Under the pieces are notes generated by a model. It was not told the DNA's origin and ran no database searches. It was given only the letters and a program-made list of their open reading frames with translations. This document shows positions 41,760-47,185 of a stretch of DNA of 47,185 nucleotides, in pieces. How positions within the stretch are numbered: position 1 is the stretch's first letter; every line of letters starts with the position of its first letter. The translations under genes were made by a program, and so were the position numbers. The stretch comes from Vicugna vicugna (taxonomy: Eukaryota). The stretch is from the NCBI GenBank assembly GCA_013265495.1, contig MU057403.1, forward strand, positions 491,481-538,665, in the 5' to 3' direction.

Positions 41760-44700
41760 ACATACCCATTATCCCAAAATATTTTCTTATGCTTCTTTCA
41801 CTCAACATGGTAATACTAGGATTCACTCATACTGTTTTTGTGTCAATAGTTTATTCCTCTACTTACTGATATGGATGTACCACAATTTTGACCCCTTTAC
41901 CCACTGATGTACATTTCAATTTTCTCCAGTATTTGGCTATTACAAATACAACTACCATGGACATTCATACAAAGTATTTGTGTGGACATATATTTTCATT
42001 TCTTTGGGGCCAGTATCTAGGGTTGGAATGGCTGGGTCACCTGGTCAATGTATGTCTCATACTGTTTAAAACTACCAAACTGTTTTCCAAAGTTGTAACA
42101 TTTCATGTTTTCTATCAGTAGTCTATACAAGTTGTTAACGCACATCTTTGATAAAATTTTGTATGGGCAGTGTTTTTTAATTTTAGGCATTCTTTTGGAT
42201 GTGTGCTTGTTTCTCATGGTTTTAATTTTGATTTCCCTTATGATTATCTTTTCATGTGTTTATTTGCTTCCTATCTATCTTCTTTGGTAAAGTGTCCATT
42301 CAAATATTTTGACCATTTTTGATTGGATTGCTTTATTATGGAGCTATAAGAGAATTTTGTATATTCTAGATACAAATCTTTTGTCAAAAGTACAACATTT
42401 TTCTAACAATTTTTAAATTTCACTAAAATCTAATTTATTGATCTTTTCAATTTTGTAGTTTGTACTTTTGTTTCAAATTTAAGAAATCTTTGCCAAATCC
42501 AAGGTCACTAAGATTTTCTCCAATGTTTTCTTCTAGGTTTATACTTTGACTCTTACATTTAGTCTTACGAGACACTTTTTAGTTAATTTTGTGTGTCTAT
42601 TTACAGTGTGAAGTAAGAGTAATTGGATTTCATGACTTCTGTTTTTATAGTTGCTTAAGATAATTAATATGAGACCTATTTTTGTTTTTAACATGGGAGT
42701 TTAGTGCTATAGATTTCCCTCCAAATACTTTAGCTGCTTTCCACAAATTTTGATATGTCATGTTATGTTCTTCATGCAGTTTAAAATACCTTCTGACTTT
42801 TTTCCCCCTTTAAAAAAACCTTTATTGAGATAAATTCATATACCACACAGTTTACCCATTTAAAGTGTATAATTCAATGGCTTTGAGTATATTCACAGAG
42901 TTGTATACACATTACTATAACCAATATTTTAAAATGTTCATCACTCCCCTCCCCCCACACACAAAAAAAAACCCTACACCTATTAGCAGTTACTCCCAAT
43001 TTCCCCTCAGTCCCCCAGTCCTGGGTAATTTTTCCTTTGTACCAAAGTTTATTTAGAAGCATGAAATTTAGTTTCAGATATTTCTGAATTAACCAGATAT
43101 ATTATTGTAGATTACTTTAAATTTCAGTGTGGTCAATGGACGTGCTTTGTATGATTTTAATCCACCTGAATTTATTGAGACTTTTATTTTTATGGCCCAG
43201 AATATGGTCTTTCTTGGTAAGCGTTCTGTGTGCGCTTGAGAAGTATGTGCATTCTGATGTTGCTGAGTGGACTGTTCTAATGTCACTTAGATCAAATTGA
43301 TTAATATTATTGTTTCAGGCGTCTGTATATTTCCCGATTTTCTGTGTATTTGTCCTGTCAGTTATTGGGAGAAGAGTGTTAAATCCTTGACTATAATTAT
43401 GGATTTGATTATGTCTTCTTGCAGTTTTATCAACTTTTGCTTTGTGCATTTTGAAGCTCTGTTAGTAGGTGCTTGAATGTTTAGGATTGTTATGTTCTCT
43501 TGACGAATGACCTCATTATCATTCTGAAATTATCCTCTTTATCTCTAGTAGTATTTTCTCTGACATCTACTTTCATGTTATTATAGCCACTCCAACTTTT
43601 AAAATATAATGTTAGCATATCTCTTTTAACATGTCATTTTACTTTGAACTTATTTCTTTATATTTAAAGGGATTTTCTTAAAGATAGCAAATAGTTGGGT
43701 CTTGCTTTTTTATTTAATCTAAACATTTGCCTTTTACTTCATGTGTTTATATCATTTAGATTTGCTTTCACACATTTCACTTCTACATATATGGTAAACC
43801 CAGCAATACTTCATTACATTTTTTGCTTTCAACTGTCAATTACCTTTATAAATTTTTTTCTTAAAAATTTTTATACTTAACCCAGATATTTCCATTTTCT
43901 GTACTTTTTATATTTTTAGATCTGCATTTTCACTGGGTATAATTTCTCTGAAGGATTTCCCTTAATATTTCTTGTAGTGCTAGATGGCTCGATGATAAAT
44001 ACTTTGTTCTGTATATTTGAAAAAATGTTCATTTCACTTTCATGAAAAACATTTCTTTTTTTGTTGAATTGATAGTATATGTTCTCTCGGTACTTTAAAG
44101 ATGTTTTTCCACTCTCTTCTGATTTGCATTGTTTCCAATGAGAAGTTTATTGCCAGTTTTACCTTTGTTCTCACGTATATAATGTATTTATTTTTCCCTC
44201 TGTTTCCTTTTGATTTTTTCTTTCTGTCACTAGTTTTAGGCACTTTTATTATTATGTGTGTTCATATAATTTTCTTCAATTTTTTTGTACATTTTTTTGT
44301 TTGTTTTTGGTTTTTGAGCATTTTGAATCTGTGGACATAAGGCTTTCATCAGATTTGGAAAGTTTGGGCCATTATTTTCAAAGGTTTTTCTTTCCTATCT
44401 CCTCTCCAGTTTTCAGAATTTTCAGTTAACATAAACTAAGCCGCTTGAATTTGCTCTGCAGGTCATTGATTCTCTATTAATCCTCTTCTTCTTCTTTTTG
44501 TTTTTGTGGTCTGTTTTTCATTTTGGGTAGTTTCTATTTCTACATCTTCAATTTTACAAATACTTTCTTTTACAGTGTCTGATCTGGTGTTAATCCCGTC
44601 CAGTATGTTTTTCATTTTAAACATTGTAGAAGCTTTATTTGTGTCTTTTTATGCCTTCCATGTCTATATTTAGTAGGCTTGTTTATTTCTCTATCTTCTT

Positions 44701-45128
44701 CAGAATGTGGGATATACTTATAACCCTTACAGTGTCTCTTTCTACTATTTCTATCACCTGTGTAATTCTTTGATCTGTTTGTACTGATATCTTTTTCTTC
44801 TCAATCTGAGTTGTATTTTTCTGCTTCTTTGAATGTCTGGTGATTTTTTATTGAATGCCAAATACCATAAATTTTACTTTCGTATGTGTTAAATATTCTG
44901 GTGTCCTATAACTAGCTTAAAATTTGTTCTGGGAAGAAATTAAGTTACCTGTAAAGGGTTTGTTCCTTTAGAGGCTTACTTACAACCTTTGTTAGTTGGA
45001 ATCATAGTAGCATTTATTCCAGGGCACATTTTTTTCTCCTACTGAGGCAATACCCTTATGAGGACCCTATTCAGTGTCCCATGAATTACACGATTTTCCT
45101 TTCTGTGTGGTGGGAACATGAATTATTC
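41760..45128 (-). mobile_element. Nested old L1M fragments, antisense
   Basis: L1 3'UTR antisense at about 41760-42600 and 42810-43030. ORF1 remnant NFSLETMQIRREWKNIFKV at 44040-44243 (-). L1MC/MD-like 5' region up to ggtgggaacatgaattattcc. Confidence 0.85.
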
Positions 45129-45129
45129 C

Positions 45130-46620
45130 TTTTTTTTTTAAATTAATCCCTTTGGTAACTGATACATTTAAGTTTTATTTTGTCCTTTAAGAATGGGCAA
45201 AGAGGAATGTAATAACATTCACCATTTCTGTGAAAAAGACCGTTCCGATACAGAGGCAGAGGGGACTTTGTTAGCATATTCTCCAGAATGCTCTCTAGTG
45301 AGTGGATATTTGCAGATGACTTCGGAGCAGAACTTCTCCTGCACGTGTCTCTGCCATGGGCCTGTGATGTGGTGTTGCCCACAGGGCCTCTCCGTGTCTA
45401 CAGCATGTCTCCTGGTTGTCTCCGCCTTTCTGCAAAGAGCAGTATTTTCGCCTCTGCATCTTGGTGAAGTTGTTTCCACCAAGCACATAGGAACAATGCG
45501 TATTCCATCCTGGATTCCTAAAAGCCTGCTTTGTGCCAAGTTTGCAGTGGCCTGCATCACTGTGGCAGCTGCCTCCTGTGCCTTACGGTTCATGGTTGGG
45601 ATTGGTGGCCCCATTCCTGGCCCTCCCTGCTGAGACATGCCAGGAGAACTGGGGGTCATGCTGCTCATATTTCCAGGAAACGGTCTGTTCTGCATCGCAG
45701 CTGATGGCATTCGTCCCAGGGGCATAGCACCACATGGCTGGCTTGGCCCTTGTCCATGCATCTGGTTGTTGGCATTGATGCCCATGCCGGGCCCTGGGCT
45801 GCTGTAGCTTGCACTGGGCACCCCACTATACGTTGGGGGTCTGGAGTAGTTACCTAAACAAAAATCAAACACAAATTAAAGCCTTTTACTTAATATTTGA
45901 ACTCGTGAAAACATTCACTGGAAATACTTTTTATCCAACAATGTGATCGACACAGAATATTAGTCATTATCCTTATTAACCCTTCCCCTATTGGCGCTGA
46001 TGAGGTTGGCAGTCTCAAAAAACGCTCTCTCTGCACATTCCAACGGCAAGAGCCACACAGGACCACTGCAACACGGAGGGAAATCCAGATCGATCAATGA
46101 AACCATCTATGAGCGGACAAGGGAGGCTAGTCTGGAGTGCTGCTTCAGCACATCCAACACCTCATATTCTTACCAAATTTAACCAAAACAATTATTTCAG
46201 CCCCTAGTCCCTAGGTGAGCACCAATTTGAGACTGCACCACTGCCTCACTACCACACTGGACAGTCAGGACAAAGAGTTCAGAAGACAAGGGGTAAGAAA
46301 CCATGCACACACGGTCAAGACCATGCTTCAAAATCCCCCAGGGGGTGTCATGTGGAAACTCGACATTAGTCCAGCACAGCTGGCTCTTCTTCGGGGTCTG
46401 GAAGACGTGTTTTCCTTGAGCACCAGATAAAGTGGCTGGTTTGTACGTGGTGCCGTGTCTTAGAAAATGCAGCCTCAACACTGCATGGCACTCAGCACTG
46501 CGAGGTGGTGGCACCACTGGGAGCAGGGAAGGCTGGAGGCTGAGATGAGCGTCTGCCATCCCACCTCCCACCCCTGCTGACACGGGGGCTCAGGCTCACG
46601 AAGTAGAATGGGCCGGACTA
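45130..46620 (-). pseudogene. ARID1B: ARID1B fragment: one 328-bp exon (45526-45853) with retained upstream intron-like DNA and a poly(A)-terminated 3' extension; right boundary approximate
   Basis: Minus strand [18 protein letters not shown]...[21 protein letters not shown] matches an internal ARID1B exon. Intact acceptor tttgtttAG (45855-45854). AATAAA on the minus strand at 45174-45179 and T10 at 45130-45139. No other ARID1B exon seen. Right edge estimated only from a GC-to-AT composition shift. Confidence 0.85.
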
Positions 46621-46719
46621 TTTCAATAGTTTTGTTTTCTCTCTCCTTCCACATCTTTTATTTTGATTGAGTTTACATAAATTACATTCAAGTAAATTAA
46701 AGGTATATATAATGCTACT

Positions 46720-46940
46720 TTGATAATAATAACAACTGCTGAACCATATTATGTATGAGACACTGGGTCAAGTGCTTTGCATCAATGACTTCATTCATTT
46801 CCCAAGTAACATGTGAAATATATATACGACCATGACTCCATTTACAAATGAAGAAAATCGACAGCTAGTAGGTTAGGATTTAAGCTCAAGCAGAATGATT
46901 ATGGAACCCATGTAACTGACCAATAATACATGCTGCCTCC
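46720..46940 (-). mobile_element. MIR SINE, degraded
   Basis: aagtgctttgcat...ccatttacaaatgaagaaa...ggatttaagctcaagcag...tgctgcctcc. Confidence 0.6.
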
Positions 46941-47185
46941 CAGTAAGTAACGGTTGAAATGAAATAGACGTATAAAGGGAAAAGTGTTTGCAGAACAAGC
47001 AGCAGTGTGTCTCCATCCATCCGTACTACTTTCTAGAAGAATCTCATCCATATAACTGTCCTAGGGACAAGATATAAAGTTAAATACAATGCAATTCTGG
47101 TACTCAGGATACTCACAGCCAAAGTGTGTGTGTGTGCGTGTGTGTATGAGGTGAAGCAGCAGGGGTAAGATGAGAAAAAAAAAAA

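Noticed and set aside
45219..45872. 217-aa ORF as part of a functional ARID1B gene
   Set aside because: Starts at a non-ATG codon in intron-like DNA, only one exon is present, there is no GT donor, and substitutions look like CpG decay.

Overview
Mammalian genomic DNA, probably a camelid (inferred from a tRNA-Ala-derived vic-1-like SINE and artiodactyl-type L1 3' ends, with no Alu, B1 or Bov-A elements seen). The window holds the last five coding exons of the sialyltransferase gene ST8SIA6 on the + strand (6143-6229, 32364-32508, 35939-36051, 38664-38756, 39905-40373). All splice sites are GT-AG, the frame is intact and all sialylmotifs are present; the 5' exons lie upstream of the window. 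The 26 kb intron carries a sense-oriented processed pseudogene of SLAIN2 (25626-28070) with a poly(A) tail and target-site duplication (TSD). Its 5' end is still a CpG island and appears to have AT->GC-skewed substitutions. About 4.8 kb past the ST8SIA6 stop is a minus-strand, poly(A)-tailed fragment with a single ARID1B exon. That exon keeps its upstream intron and acceptor but is joined at its 3' end to a novel open, polyadenylated segment. The rest is interspersed repeats (L1, L2, MIR, MaLR/ERV LTRs, Tigger, MER63). Nearly all short ORFs in the supplied track are spurious. No prokaryote-type system is present. Repeat family names and orthologue comparisons are from recalled sequences, not database searches.
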